DNA from: an uncultured Gemmatimonadales bacterium
Lineage (GTDB): Bacteria > Gemmatimonadota > Gemmatimonadetes > Gemmatimonadales > GWC2-71-9
Direction: 5' to 3'
Assembly (NCBI GenBank): GCA_963828735.1
Contig: CAWHFW010000002.1
Span: 896,001 to 960,000 of the forward strand
DNA: 64,000 nucleotides
In this document: positions 30,738-39,810 of the stretch, piece by piece
How positions within the stretch are numbered: the first letter of the stretch is position 1
How the letters are laid out: each line of letters starts with the position of its first letter
The notes under the pieces: model-generated
What the model was told of the DNA's origin: nothing
Database searches by the model: none
What the model saw: the letters and a program-made list of their open reading frames with translations, nothing else
Translations under genes and position numbers: made by a program

Positions 30738-30829
30738 AACTTAGGCTGTCAATAAGCAAAACTATTTGACAGTAAAGCACTTAGTATAGGGTCTAAAAGC
30801 TTGACTATGCCGGAGCCGTGGGCCAGGTT
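30738..30829 (+). promoter_or_regulatory. AT-rich regulatory region of the M23 gene
   Basis: CTGTCAA/TTGACAG inverted repeat (30746, 30766); TTGACT(30801)-N17-CAGGTT. Confidence 0.5.
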
Positions 30830-30940
30830 TTGCGTGGCCGTTGTGTGTCGGGTCACCTCCCGCGGCACACGGTCAGCTCAGATTGTTTTTGCGGCGCGGC
30901 CGAAGATTCGAGATTCGGCAGCCAGCTTCAGGGAGCGCGC

Positions 30941-31870
30941 ATGGCCAAACGCCGTCGCTGGACGGTGGTATTCGTACCTCACGGGTCGGAGCCTTCGAGG
31001 ATCGTCGAAGTTTCCTACGGCGTGATCAAGATGGCAGTCGGCGGTGTGGCGCTCGGTGTGGCCGCGGCGTTGCTCGTCGGCTATGCCACGGTGGCCCGCA
31101 CGGTGGACCTCTCGCAATCCAGCCGGCTCCAGGAAGAAAATTCGCGGCTCTCCCGGGAGATCGGCGAGATGCACGGCCGACTTTCCAACCTGTCGGACAC
31201 CCTGACGAAGATCAGCGAGCAGGACGCCAAGATCCGCGTGCTCGCCAACCTCGACCCGATCGACCCGTCGGTCCAGGAGGCCGGTATCGGCGGCCCGACG
31301 CTCGCCCCGCGGCCGGTGCTACCCAACGCCGGGCCGGCGGTGCGCAAGTCGCAGGAAATCCGCGTCGACCTCAACGCCCTGATCCGCCGGGCCAACCTGC
31401 TGGCCTCCTCCTTCGAGGAAGCCAAGGACAGCCTGGCCAGTCACTCCCAGCGCCTGGCCGCCACTCCGTCCATCATGCCGACGCAAGGCTGGCTCACGAG
31501 CGCCTTCTCGGCCATGCGTGAGCATCCGATCCTCCACATCGCCCGGCCCCACGAGGGGATCGACGTGACGGCGCCGATGGGGAGCCCGATCGAGGCGCCG
31601 GCCGCGGGGACCGTGACCGACGCCGGGTGGGAGACGGGGTACGGCAACACCATCACCATCGATCATGGCTACGGCGTGGTCACCAAGTTCGCGCACTGCT
31701 CCAAGCTGCTGGTCAAGACCGGCCAGCGGGTCTCGCGCGGCCAGCGCATCGCGCTGGTCGGCAGCACGGGCCTCGCCACCGGTCCGCACCTCCACTACGA
31801 GGTGCACGTGAACGGGCGCCCCGTGGATCCGCTCAGGTACGTGCTGCCCGATCATGTCGTGACGGATTAG
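30941..31870 (+). CDS. M23 family metallopeptidase (peptidoglycan endopeptidase)
   Basis: TM anchor, coiled coil, HEGID, GYGN..IDH, ATGPHLHYEV. Confidence 0.93.
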   Translation: MAKRRRWTVVFVPHGSEPSRIVEVSYGVIKMAVGGVALGVAAALLVGYATVARTVDLSQSSRLQEENSRLSREIGEMHGRLSNLSDTLTKISEQDAKIRVLANLDPIDPSVQEAGIGGPTLAPRPVLPNAGPAVRKSQEIRVDLNALIRRANLLASSFEEAKDSLASHSQRLAATPSIMPTQGWLTSAFSAMREHPILHIARPHEGIDVTAPMGSPIEAPAAGTVTDAGWETGYGNTITIDHGYGVVTKFAHCSKLLVKTGQRVSRGQRIALVGSTGLATGPHLHYEVHVNGRPVDPLRYVLPDHVVTD

Positions 31871-31896
31871 CAGCCGACGACCAACCGTCCAAAATC

Positions 31897-31928
31897 GACA
31901 GCCCCCGGATCCAGTTCCGGGGGCTGTC
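31897..31928. terminator. Terminator hairpin between convergent genes
   Basis: GACAGCCCCCGGA-TCCAGT-TCCGGGGGCTGTC. Confidence 0.8.
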
Positions 31929-32051
31929 TCTGTTCGAGGAGTCGTCGTCAGCCCAGGCAGTAGCAGACGGACCGATCCGATCGCGACGTCGAGGCCTCGC
32001 CACGCCGAATGGCCGACTGGTTTCGTGATCGAGCCATCCGATCGCCCATCC

Positions 32052-32618
32052 TCAGAAACTCACCTTCGGGGCCTGTGCGGCGCCCGCCTGCGCCTCGAAA
32101 TACTCGCGCGGCTTGCCCAGGCCGAACACCTTCGCGGTGATGTTGTAGGGGAAGCGGCGGATGTAGGCGTTGTACTCGCCCACGGCGCCGTTGTAGTCCT
32201 GGCGCGCCACGGAGATGCGGTTCTCGGTGCCCTCGAGCTGGTCCTGCAGCTGCTTGAAGTTCTCGCTCGAGCGGAGCTGCGGGTAGTTCTCCGAGATCGC
32301 GATCAGACGGCCGAGACCCTGGGTGAGCTGGGCATCGGCAGCGGCCATCTCGGGCACGTTGCCGCTCTGGATGGCGCCGCCGAGCCGGGCTCGCGCGTTG
32401 GCGATCGAGATGAAGACCGTATCCTCCTGCTTGGTGACGCCCTTCACGGTGTTGACCAGGTTCGGAATCAGATCGGCCCGTCGCTGGAGCTGCGCCTGGA
32501 TCTGGCCCTGCGCCTGGTTCACCCGCTCGTCCAACGTCTGGATCGTATTGTATCCGCACCCCGCGGTCAGCGCCGTGATCATGGCGAGCGCGAAGGCGAT
32601 CCTGGCAGAGCGCTTCAT
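32052..32618 (-). CDS. lemA: LemA family lipoprotein
   Basis: AGCGYN lipobox, QRRADLIPNLVNTVKG, ENYPQL, LEGTENRISVAR, APKVSF. Confidence 0.95.
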   Translation of the reverse strand: MKRSARIAFALAMITALTAGCGYNTIQTLDERVNQAQGQIQAQLQRRADLIPNLVNTVKGVTKQEDTVFISIANARARLGGAIQSGNVPEMAAADAQLTQGLGRLIAISENYPQLRSSENFKQLQDQLEGTENRISVARQDYNGAVGEYNAYIRRFPYNITAKVFGLGKPREYFEAQAGAAQAPKVSF

Positions 32619-33337
32619 CACAGGTCTCCGAGCTGAAAGTGGTCGACGTACTCCGCCGCGTGCGAGACGGCGTTCAGGTACTGCTCGAATACGTGAGGCT
32701 CGCAGCGCCATCCGCGCTCCGCTCGCCGCTCCACGGGAACCGTGAGCGCTTCGGCGGGCACGCCCAGCAGTGCGGCCGCCTCCGCCGCCAGCGCTGCGGG
32801 TGCGACAGGCACCGGTCTCCCCGCGAGCGTCAGGAGCGCACGCAGCAGCACCAGGATCGTCGCGGCGGTTCCGGCCGCGAGCTGCCCCAGAAGCTTGGTG
32901 TCTCCCGCCGCGACTGCGTAGCCCTGGCGCAGCCGGAGCAGCTTACCGCGAAGCTCGCGCTCGAGCGCCTGGCGCAGATCGCGGCGCTGCACCCGCGCGG
33001 CGCCGAGAGGGTCGGCCCCGCGAAGCACGCGGTAGCCCGCCCGCATGTCGGTGATCTCGATGGGGAAGACGTCGCTCGCGCGGTCCCACTCCGCCCGGCT
33101 GATCAGGAGCGGCGGCTCGGCCGTCGCCTTGCGCCACGTGGCGAATGCCGGAGCCAGCGCTCGCAGGCGCCCGGGCGATGGATCGTCGAGCACGAGCATC
33201 AGGTTGATGTTCGAGCGCCCGGCGATATAGTCGCCGCGCGCCGCCGAGCCGTAGAGCAGCGCGCTATACCCCGCGCCCAGGGCCGCATCCGCCGCCGCCA
33301 GGAACGGGGTAACCACGCGATCGACCGAGTCGTGCAT
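32618..33337 (-). CDS. Nucleotidyltransferase-fold protein with degenerate catalytic motif
   Basis: LLYGSAARGDY..RSNINL (NxN for DxD), DVFPIE..D, LRQALERELRGKLLRLR. Confidence 0.8.
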   Translation of the reverse strand: MHDSVDRVVTPFLAAADAALGAGYSALLYGSAARGDYIAGRSNINLMLVLDDPSPGRLRALAPAFATWRKATAEPPLLISRAEWDRASDVFPIEITDMRAGYRVLRGADPLGAARVQRRDLRQALERELRGKLLRLRQGYAVAAGDTKLLGQLAAGTAATILVLLRALLTLAGRPVPVAPAALAAEAAALLGVPAEALTVPVERRAERGWRCEPHVFEQYLNAVSHAAEYVDHFQLGDL

Positions 33338-34185
33338 CAGAAGCGTCCCCCCGAGCCGCCACCGCTGAACCCGCCCCCACCGCCGAAGCCACCGAACCCG
33401 CCGCCGCCCCCGCCGAACCCACCGCCGCCCCAACCCCCACCGCCCCACCCTCCCCCACCGATCCAGGGTCCGCCACCCCAATATACCCGGCGCCGGCGAC
33501 CGCCCCGGTTGGCCAGGATCACAAACAGGATGAAGAGCAGGATGGGCAGGAACGACATGAACCGTGCGCCGGGCGCCGGAGCGCCCCCCACCGGCAGCGG
33601 CGCGGCTGCGAGCGTCGAATCCGTGACGCCGTACCCGCGGGCGATGATGCCCGTGAGGGCGCGGACACCGGCCGCGATCGCGGGGCCGTACTGCTCCTGG
33701 CTGAGGAGCGGCCCCATGACCTCGCGCCGGATCTGACCGCTGGCCGCGTCGGTGACGATGCCCTCCAGCCCGTTCCCCGCCTCGATCCGCACGTGGCCGG
33801 TGCCGGGCTGGTGGTTCTGCCGTGGCACCACGAGCAGCACCAGTCCCGCGTTTCGTCGCGGATCGCCGACGTCGGCGCGCCCACCGACGCCCCACCTCCG
33901 CCCGATGGTGAGCGCGACCTCCCCCTCGTCGCGGTCGTCGATCGTCGGCAGGGTGACGACCGCGACCTCGACGCCGGTGGCGCCGCGGAGGCGGGTCAAC
34001 AGGTCATCGAGGGAGTCCCGCGTGGCGGGGTCGACGAGCGAGGCGAAATCGTTGACCATGCCGACCGGTTGGGCCGGGAACAGCCGCTCGACATCCGGAC
34101 TCTGGGCAAGTCCCCGGGCGACCGTCGTCAGTTGTAGCACCGCCAGGAGGGCGATAGCTTTGCGACGTGTTTCCCTCACCGGCAC
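33337..34185 (-). CDS. TPM domain membrane protein (YgcG-like)
   Basis: VNDFA..L, VAVVTLPT, RWGVG, RIEAGNGLEG, TM helix, GGFGGGGGFSGGGSGGRF tail; start approximate. Confidence 0.9.
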   Translation of the reverse strand: MPVRETRRKAIALLAVLQLTTVARGLAQSPDVERLFPAQPVGMVNDFASLVDPATRDSLDDLLTRLRGATGVEVAVVTLPTIDDRDEGEVALTIGRRWGVGGRADVGDPRRNAGLVLLVVPRQNHQPGTGHVRIEAGNGLEGIVTDAASGQIRREVMGPLLSQEQYGPAIAAGVRALTGIIARGYGVTDSTLAAAPLPVGGAPAPGARFMSFLPILLFILFVILANRGGRRRRVYWGGGPWIGGGGWGGGGWGGGGFGGGGGGFGGFGGGGGFSGGGSGGRF

Positions 34186-34949
34186 TCCTTCGGCTGACCC
34201 GCGCGCTCATCCCGCACGCGCTGTTGCTGACCGGCCTCGCCGCCTGCGAGAAACCGCGCCCGCTTGCGGTACGCGTCTCCATCCCGGGGCCCGACTCGGT
34301 CGAAACACCCGTCACGGGCGTCGGGCTGGTGGCCCTGCCGTACGACCGGGACAGCGTGCTTCGGACGCTCGAGCAACGCGCTCGCACCCCTCGCCCGCCG
34401 ATCGCGCCGCTCGAGAGCCTGTTCGCGGCGTTTCGCGGTCCCTTTACGGCCTACTCGGCGGCCACCATCCGGCTCGGCCGACTCCGTGACTCCGTCGCGG
34501 CCACGAAAGCCGACCTGGATTCCCTCCGCCGGGATGCGCCCGCCTATGCGGAGCGTTACGCGGCGTTCGGCCGCCTGAGCGACTCGCTCCGCGTGGCGCA
34601 GGACCGCGCGGATCGCACCCGTGCCGCGCTCGATCGGGCAAGACGGGACTTCGCGACGCGGGGGGACAGCTTACGGGTCGGCATGCGCCAGTGGGAAGAT
34701 AGCACCTACGAGGGATACGACAGCATCGTTCAGGGACTCGCGCGGCAGGCCGGCCGTGAGCCCGTGACGGACACGACCGGGGCGGACGGGTGGGCGCGGT
34801 TGACGCTCCCGCCAGGCCGCTGGTGGATCTATGCGCGCAGCTGGGACGCGACCGACCCGAACTCCGAATGGTATTGGAACGTGCCGGCTCCGGCCGGTGA
34901 CACCCTGCTCCTGTCGAGCCGGTCCGCCCGGCGGCAGGCGAGATACTAG
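34167..34949 (+). CDS. Hypothetical lipoprotein with central coiled coil
   Basis: LAAC lipobox; TTGADGWARLTLPPGRWWIYA..YWNVP prealbumin-like C-terminus. Confidence 0.7.
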   Translation: MFPSPALLRLTRALIPHALLLTGLAACEKPRPLAVRVSIPGPDSVETPVTGVGLVALPYDRDSVLRTLEQRARTPRPPIAPLESLFAAFRGPFTAYSAATIRLGRLRDSVAATKADLDSLRRDAPAYAERYAAFGRLSDSLRVAQDRADRTRAALDRARRDFATRGDSLRVGMRQWEDSTYEGYDSIVQGLARQAGREPVTDTTGADGWARLTLPPGRWWIYARSWDATDPNSEWYWNVPAPAGDTLLLSSRSARRQARY

Positions 34950-34957
34950 GAGGTGGG

Positions 34958-35632
34958 ATGCCGCGAAGTGTGATGCTGGCGCTCATGGTCCTCGGCTTCG
35001 GCGCGGGCGCTGCCAGTGGCCAGGCGACCGCCGATTCGGCCAAGAACCCGCTCGCGGGCCGGCTGCTCGGCTCGGCCGGGGCGACGGTGACGGTCTACGA
35101 GATGTCCGATTTCCAGTGCCCCTACTGCCGTGACTTCGCGACCAACACCTGGCCCGCGGTGTACTCCGCCTACGTGGCGACCGGCAAGGTGCGCTGGGCC
35201 TTCGTGAATTTTCCGATCACGACCATCCATCCCAACGCCGCGGCCGCCGCCGAAGTCGGCCTGTGCGCTGCGCAGCAGAACGCGTTCTGGAAGGTGCACG
35301 ACCTGCTCTACCGCCATCAGGATGTCTGGGCGCCGCTCAAGGAGCCGGCGGCCTTCTTCGTAACGCTGGCCGATTCGGCGAAGCTGTCGAAGCCGGCGCT
35401 GCTCGCGTGTCTGCAGTCGCCAGCCACACAGGCGGCACTCGAAGCGGATGCCAAAGGCGCCGAGCGCTCGGGCGCCAACAGCACGCCGACGTTCTACATC
35501 GAGGGCGGCCTGCTGGTGGGCGCGCAGCCGTTGCCCATCTTCCGGCAGGTACTGGACTCGATTCTGAAAGTGAAGGGGCCGGAGAAGGGACCTTCGCCTG
35601 CAAAGGCACCGTCCCCGACGAAGCCGAAATAG
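34958..35632 (+). CDS. DsbA/BdbD-like thioredoxin protein
   Basis: AGGAGG RBS; signal peptide; EMSDFQCPYC, STPTFYI..GAQP. Confidence 0.9.
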   Translation: MPRSVMLALMVLGFGAGAASGQATADSAKNPLAGRLLGSAGATVTVYEMSDFQCPYCRDFATNTWPAVYSAYVATGKVRWAFVNFPITTIHPNAAAAAEVGLCAAQQNAFWKVHDLLYRHQDVWAPLKEPAAFFVTLADSAKLSKPALLACLQSPATQAALEADAKGAERSGANSTPTFYIEGGLLVGAQPLPIFRQVLDSILKVKGPEKGPSPAKAPSPTKPK

Positions 35633-35675
35633 AGTTGGCGGGACGAGGCCATGACCGCCAGGCTGTCGCGACCCG

Positions 35676-36452
35676 TTAGATACCCGCGACCGCCAGGAAC
35701 ACGTCGTACAACGCGTGGGTCCAAGCCGTGATGCCGAAGCCGCGAAGCAGATACAGCCCGCTGAACAGGACGCCGGCGATGGCCCGGAACGCGAACGACG
35801 CCAGCTCCAGGTGATCCCCGTAGGGTCCCACGTAGTGAAACGCCGAGAAGATGAGCGCCCCGACGAGCGTCGCGAACACGCCCGCCGCGCCGGCGCTCCA
35901 GCCGAACAGGCGGCCGGCGAGCCACGCGAGCGCGCCCACGATCAGCACCCGAAAGAGCAGCTCCTCGTAGATGCCGGCGCCGAGCGAGATCATGAGCTGG
36001 GTCGCGAGGCCAAGGCCGTCGGATCCGATCCGGAGGGCACGCGACGGCAAGGCGGAGGCCGCCACCGAGGGGTGGAACGGTCGGAGCAGCAGCCCCGTCA
36101 GCGTGCCCACCACCAGGCCGAAGACCAGCGCGTAGAGCACGGACTCCAGCGCCATCAGGACGAACACGCGGGCCTCGAGCGGGCCCGACCGACGCCGGTC
36201 GCGCCACGCGAGAGCCAGGCCGGTTCCGACCAGCAGCACGCCGAACGCGATCAGCCCGTTCCGTCCGCCGAGCAGGATGAAGGCGCTCTTGAGGAGGACG
36301 TCCGCCCCGTTCCGGACGCCGGTCATCGCCTCGTGCGACAGCGTGAACGCCAGCGCCTCGTACGCCACGAGAAGCGGAAAGGCGAAGGTCACGCTGTAGC
36401 GCGGGGCGCGACTCGCGTGCCAGTAGCGGCTGGACGATGAGGCGAGGGTCAT
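35676..36452 (-). CDS. CPBP (CAAX/Abi) intramembrane glutamic endopeptidase
   Basis: GIYEELLFR, FSAFHY, THALYD motifs; multiple TM helices. Confidence 0.9.
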   Translation of the reverse strand: MTLASSSSRYWHASRAPRYSVTFAFPLLVAYEALAFTLSHEAMTGVRNGADVLLKSAFILLGGRNGLIAFGVLLVGTGLALAWRDRRRSGPLEARVFVLMALESVLYALVFGLVVGTLTGLLLRPFHPSVAASALPSRALRIGSDGLGLATQLMISLGAGIYEELLFRVLIVGALAWLAGRLFGWSAGAAGVFATLVGALIFSAFHYVGPYGDHLELASFAFRAIAGVLFSGLYLLRGFGITAWTHALYDVFLAVAGI

Positions 36453-36468
36453 GTGAGGGGGAAAGCGG

Positions 36469-36499
36469 AAAAGAAAAAGGGGCCGCGCTCGGCGGCCCC
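36469..36499 (-). terminator. Rho-independent terminator of the small minus-strand transcript
   Basis: Minus strand GGGGCCGC-CGAGC-GCGGCCCC followed by TTTTTCTTTT. Confidence 0.85.
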
Positions 36500-36542
36500 C
36501 CCAGGTTCCAAGTGTCGCCCGGGTCTCAGCATGCAGTGCCGT

Positions 36543-36578
36543 TCAGCAGCCGCAGGCGACCCTTGACTCTGTAGACAA
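36543..36578 (-). CDS. Candidate 11-aa micro-peptide MSTESRVACGC
   Basis: TTG start 7 nt after GGAGG, within a 13-nt perfect anti-16S match; TGA stop. Confidence 0.45.
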   Translation of the reverse strand: MSTESRVACGC

Positions 36579-36624
36579 TGGATCACCTCCTCGGTAGCGG
36601 GTAGAACATATGGTGCGTGAGTGA

Positions 36625-36654
36625 ATAGTAGGAGCCTCACCCGCGGCGCGGCAA
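36625..36654 (-). promoter_or_regulatory. sigma70 promoter
   Basis: Minus strand TTGCCG-N18-TACTAT. Confidence 0.6.
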
Positions 36655-36733
36655 GTCCTGGCTTCGACACGAGCACGCAACGAACCCGCATCGCGCATTG
36701 ACGCCCACCGCCGCTGCCACAACATTTGCCCGG

Positions 36734-38041
36734 ATGCCCTCCACCTCGATCAGCTATCGCGCCGTGGTCCGGGTGGGCGTCGCGCTGGCTCCCGCCATCG
36801 GCCTCGTCAATCAGAAAGTGGGCGACGGTCATCGCCGACGACGGGGTGCCGCGGATCGTCTGGCCTGGTGGGCCACATCGAGCCGAGACCGAACGCGCCC
36901 GCTCGTGTGGTTCCACGCGGCGTCCGTGGGCGAGGGTCGCCAGGCGGAGAGTGTGCTGCTCGAGCTCCAGCGGCTCCAGCCGGCCTGCCAGGTCGTCTAC
37001 ACCCACTTCAGCCCATCCGCCGAGCCGCTCGCGCGGCGCCTCGCCGTCGACGCCGCGGATTACCTGCCCTACGACCGCCCAGCCCAAGTCGAGCGCCTGC
37101 TCGACGCGCTGGCCCCCGACCTGCTGGTCTTCGCCAAGCTCGACCTCTGGCCCGAGCTCGCCACACGCGCGGCCGCGCGCGGCGCCGGCGTGGCCCTGGT
37201 CGCCGCGACGGTGAGCCCGGGAAGCGGTCGCTTGCGGTGGCCCGCCCGACGCCTGCTCCGCGCGGGCTACGAGGTGGTCCAGGCCGCCGGGGCGATCGCC
37301 GAGGCCGACGCGGCGCGTCTCGCGATCCTCGGCGTCGATCCTGCGCGGACCCGTGTCCTGGGCGATCCGCGCTTCGACAGCGTGGCAGCCCGCGTGGCGG
37401 CCGTGGCGTCGGACGACCCGTTGCTCCGGCTTGGCGACGGCGCGCCGACGCTGGTGGCCGGGTCGACCTGGGGGACGGATGAAGCGGTCCTCCTCGGCGC
37501 CTTCGCCGCGATACGCTCGCGGCGCGCGGACGCGCGCCTGATCGTGGTCCCGCACGAGCCGACGCCCGACCACCTGGGCGTCCTCGATCGGCGCGCCGCG
37601 GCACTCGGCCTCCCCGTGCCGGTTCGACTGAGCGCCGGCGGTGGCCCGGCACCGCTGCTCGTGGTGGATCGCGTGGGCATGCTCGCGACACTCTACGGCG
37701 CGGCAACGATGGCCTATGTCGGCGGCGGATTCGGCCGCGCGGGCCTTCACTCGGTACTGGAGCCCGCGGCGTGGGGCCTGCCTGTCGCCTTCGGGCCGCG
37801 ATGGCGCGAGAGCCGCGACGCCGGACTGCTGATCGAGGGCGGGGCGGCCGCGGCACTGGATGACCGGGACGCGGCGGTCACGTCGCTCCGGCGGATCTGG
37901 GAAGGTTGGCTGACGAACGAGGAAGGGCGTCGAACGGAGGGGGCGCGCGCGCGGGACATCGTCACCGCTGGACTCGGCGCAGCCGGGCGGTCCGCCGAGA
38001 TGCTGGCCGAGCTTATTTCGTCACGACCCCCTCGAAGGTGA
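36734..38041 (+). CDS. waaA: 3-deoxy-D-manno-octulosonate (Kdo) transferase
   Basis: VWFHAASVGE, YLPYD, DLWP, LVAGSTW, IVVPHEP, AYVGGGF..HSVLEPA. Confidence 0.9.
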   Translation: MPSTSISYRAVVRVGVALAPAIGLVNQKVGDGHRRRRGAADRLAWWATSSRDRTRPLVWFHAASVGEGRQAESVLLELQRLQPACQVVYTHFSPSAEPLARRLAVDAADYLPYDRPAQVERLLDALAPDLLVFAKLDLWPELATRAAARGAGVALVAATVSPGSGRLRWPARRLLRAGYEVVQAAGAIAEADAARLAILGVDPARTRVLGDPRFDSVAARVAAVASDDPLLRLGDGAPTLVAGSTWGTDEAVLLGAFAAIRSRRADARLIVVPHEPTPDHLGVLDRRAAALGLPVPVRLSAGGGPAPLLVVDRVGMLATLYGAATMAYVGGGFGRAGLHSVLEPAAWGLPVAFGPRWRESRDAGLLIEGGAAAALDDRDAAVTSLRRIWEGWLTNEEGRRTEGARARDIVTAGLGAAGRSAEMLAELISSRPPRR

Positions 38042-38372
38042 CCGTGCGGGGCACGAGGATGCCCAGCGTCAGCACGGTCAACAGCACATCGCTAAACCGG
38101 CTTCGCGTCCGGATCTTCACGTTCGTGACGGCCGTGCCACCCCCGACCTGCGACGCGAGCGCCTTCCGAAGCGACGGCTCCTTGATCGTGATCACGCCCC
38201 AGAACCCGAAGACGGCCTTGCTGGAGACCTGGAACTTGTCGCCCGCGGGCGGCTGACCGGCCGGTGCGGCGAGCGTGGCCGGGACTCCGAGCGTGGCGGC
38301 ATCGAACGTCTGCGCGCACCCGGTGACGAGGCAAGCCAGCACGAGCGCGAGGACGGCGCCCAGTGATCTCAC
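38013..38372 (-). CDS. Bor-like small lipoprotein
   Basis: LVTGC lipobox; FGFWGVI..LLTVLTLGILVPRTVTFEG resembles Bor-family C-termini. Confidence 0.6.
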   Translation of the reverse strand: MRSLGAVLALVLACLVTGCAQTFDAATLGVPATLAAPAGQPPAGDKFQVSSKAVFGFWGVITIKEPSLRKALASQVGGGTAVTNVKIRTRSRFSDVLLTVLTLGILVPRTVTFEGVVTK

Positions 38373-39037
38373 AGACCGGGGACCCGAAAGGCGTAGTGCG
38401 CACCCACGCCGAACGTGCCTGGATCGGTAGCGTCACCGACGAACACGCGATCGTAGGCCGCCTGGATGCCGAAGCCATTCAGCAGATTGAGCTCGAGTCC
38501 CCCGCTCAGCCCGAATTTCGTTTCCGTGTCCGACTCGCCGCTGGCCTTCTGGTAGGCGACATCGACGCGAGGGGCCAGCCATGGATGGATGGCCAGCGTC
38601 GGATTCGGAATGACGAGGGCGAAGCCCACGCCGATCGGGAAGTGGTACGCGGTGATTTCCTCACCGGGCAGGAATCCCTCCCCCGGCTTGGCGTAGCTCA
38701 CTCCGGCCTGCAGCGTCACCGACAGGGGCACCAGGGGTCCGCCGACGACGCGATAGTTGAGGGTGCCGCCGACGGACATGTCGCTTCCCGCCGGCCCCTC
38801 GGGATCGAGCGCCGACCAGGTGGCCGTCGCGCCGAGGTCTCCGAACCCCACGCGCACCGTCGCGCCGTATGCGGTTCCATTGCCCGCGGCGTCGTTGGGA
38901 AAGCCGACGTCCCCGTAGATCCCGATGCCACGCGGCACCCCGAGATTGTAGACCGGAAGTCCCGGGTTCTGGGCCGCGAGGGGAGCTGCGCCCAGCGCCA
39001 GGACGAGAACGGCGACGGCGCGCACGGTGTGCCTCAT
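38369..39037 (-). CDS. Outer-membrane beta-barrel protein (8-strand type)
   Basis: GGAGG RBS; signal peptide ..LAAQ; alternating beta strands; FGVGAHYAF near the C-terminus. Confidence 0.7.
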   Translation of the reverse strand: MRHTVRAVAVLVLALGAAPLAAQNPGLPVYNLGVPRGIGIYGDVGFPNDAAGNGTAYGATVRVGFGDLGATATWSALDPEGPAGSDMSVGGTLNYRVVGGPLVPLSVTLQAGVSYAKPGEGFLPGEEITAYHFPIGVGFALVIPNPTLAIHPWLAPRVDVAYQKASGESDTETKFGLSGGLELNLLNGFGIQAAYDRVFVGDATDPGTFGVGAHYAFRVPGL

Positions 39038-39143
39038 GCTACCTCCGCGTGAGCGGAACCATCGGGTTCGGAGGGTGGTTTCGGAGCGCCGCAAGCTACT
39101 CGGGCACTTCGAAGGAAGTCAATCGCGCCGGACCGGAACGCGA

Positions 39144-39174
39144 ACGCCCGACCGCGTGCATCGCGGCCGGGCGT
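39144..39174 (-). terminator. Intergenic hairpin between the two beta-barrel genes
   Basis: Minus strand ACGCCCGGCCGCG-ATGCA-CGCGGTCGGGCGT. Confidence 0.45.
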
Positions 39175-39192
39175 CTCGTCGGGGAACGGGTG

Positions 39193-39810
39193 TCAGTGAA
39201 TGTAGGCCACGCTGACGCCGACGCCCTCGATGTCGCCGAGACCGCCACTCGCGCGGATCGCCCACTGCTCGCTGAAGCGGATGTCCACTCCCAGACCCAG
39301 GGCGAAGTTTACATCGCTGTCCCCGCCGCCGAACGTGGGCACGATGACCGGGTGCGCGTAGGGGACGAAGGTGGTGTTCGATCCCTCGAGATCGAAGCGA
39401 CGGCCCAGCGAGATGCCGACCGGGATGTAGTATGCGTCGTCGCCGTCGCCGACGTTCGCCCCGAGCCCGAGGGTGAGCGAGCCGTCCAGCGGGAAGCTCT
39501 CGCTGTAGCTCAGGACCTGCGTCCGGAAATCGCCGCCGATGAGGACCCGCGTGCCCCCGGACCCGTTCAAGTCGGCGAACCCGCCGCGGAGGCTGAAGTC
39601 ATTGGCCCCACGGCCGTACCGGTAGAACCCCTCCAGGGCCAAACTCACGCCCTCGCCCGGATCGGAGATCGACGCCCCGAACTCGTGGTTGGTGAAGGCA
39701 CGGTACGGGGCCTTGAAGATGGGCGTGCCGGTCTCTTGTGCCCACAAGGTTTCAGCCGCGCCGGCGAGCAACGCGAGCACCAGGATACCACCGCAGAGGC
39801 TACGACGCAT
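39193..39810 (-). CDS. Outer-membrane beta-barrel protein, probable paralog of 38369-39037
   Basis: Signal peptide; both share (Q)xxG(T/L)P(I/V), YYIPVGISLG vs YHFPIGVGFA, and FALGLGVD vs FGLSGGLE; ends VSVAYIH. Confidence 0.7.
   Translation of the reverse strand: MRRSLCGGILVLALLAGAAETLWAQETGTPIFKAPYRAFTNHEFGASISDPGEGVSLALEGFYRYGRGANDFSLRGGFADLNGSGGTRVLIGGDFRTQVLSYSESFPLDGSLTLGLGANVGDGDDAYYIPVGISLGRRFDLEGSNTTFVPYAHPVIVPTFGGGDSDVNFALGLGVDIRFSEQWAIRASGGLGDIEGVGVSVAYIH

Larger units (their letters stand above)
36469..36620 (-). ncRNA. Candidate ~150 nt structured small RNA / leader containing a micro-ORF
   Basis: Bounded by a promoter and a terminator; internal stem CAAGGGTCGCCTG / CGGGCGACACTTG; extended SD AGGAGGTGATCCA. 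Confidence 0.6.

Noticed and set aside
33340..33480. CCGCCG-rich repeat
   Set aside because: Encodes the normal Gly-rich tail of TPM proteins
36579..36591. TGGATCACCTCCT as a 16S rRNA 3' end fragment
   Set aside because: No flanking 16S sequence (no GTAACAAGGTA helix 45); better explained as a minus-strand SD
36469..36650. 6S RNA, SRP RNA or tmRNA
   Set aside because: No end-to-end rod with a central bubble, no SRP GGAA-loop domain, and no tRNA-like ends or ..AA tag peptide
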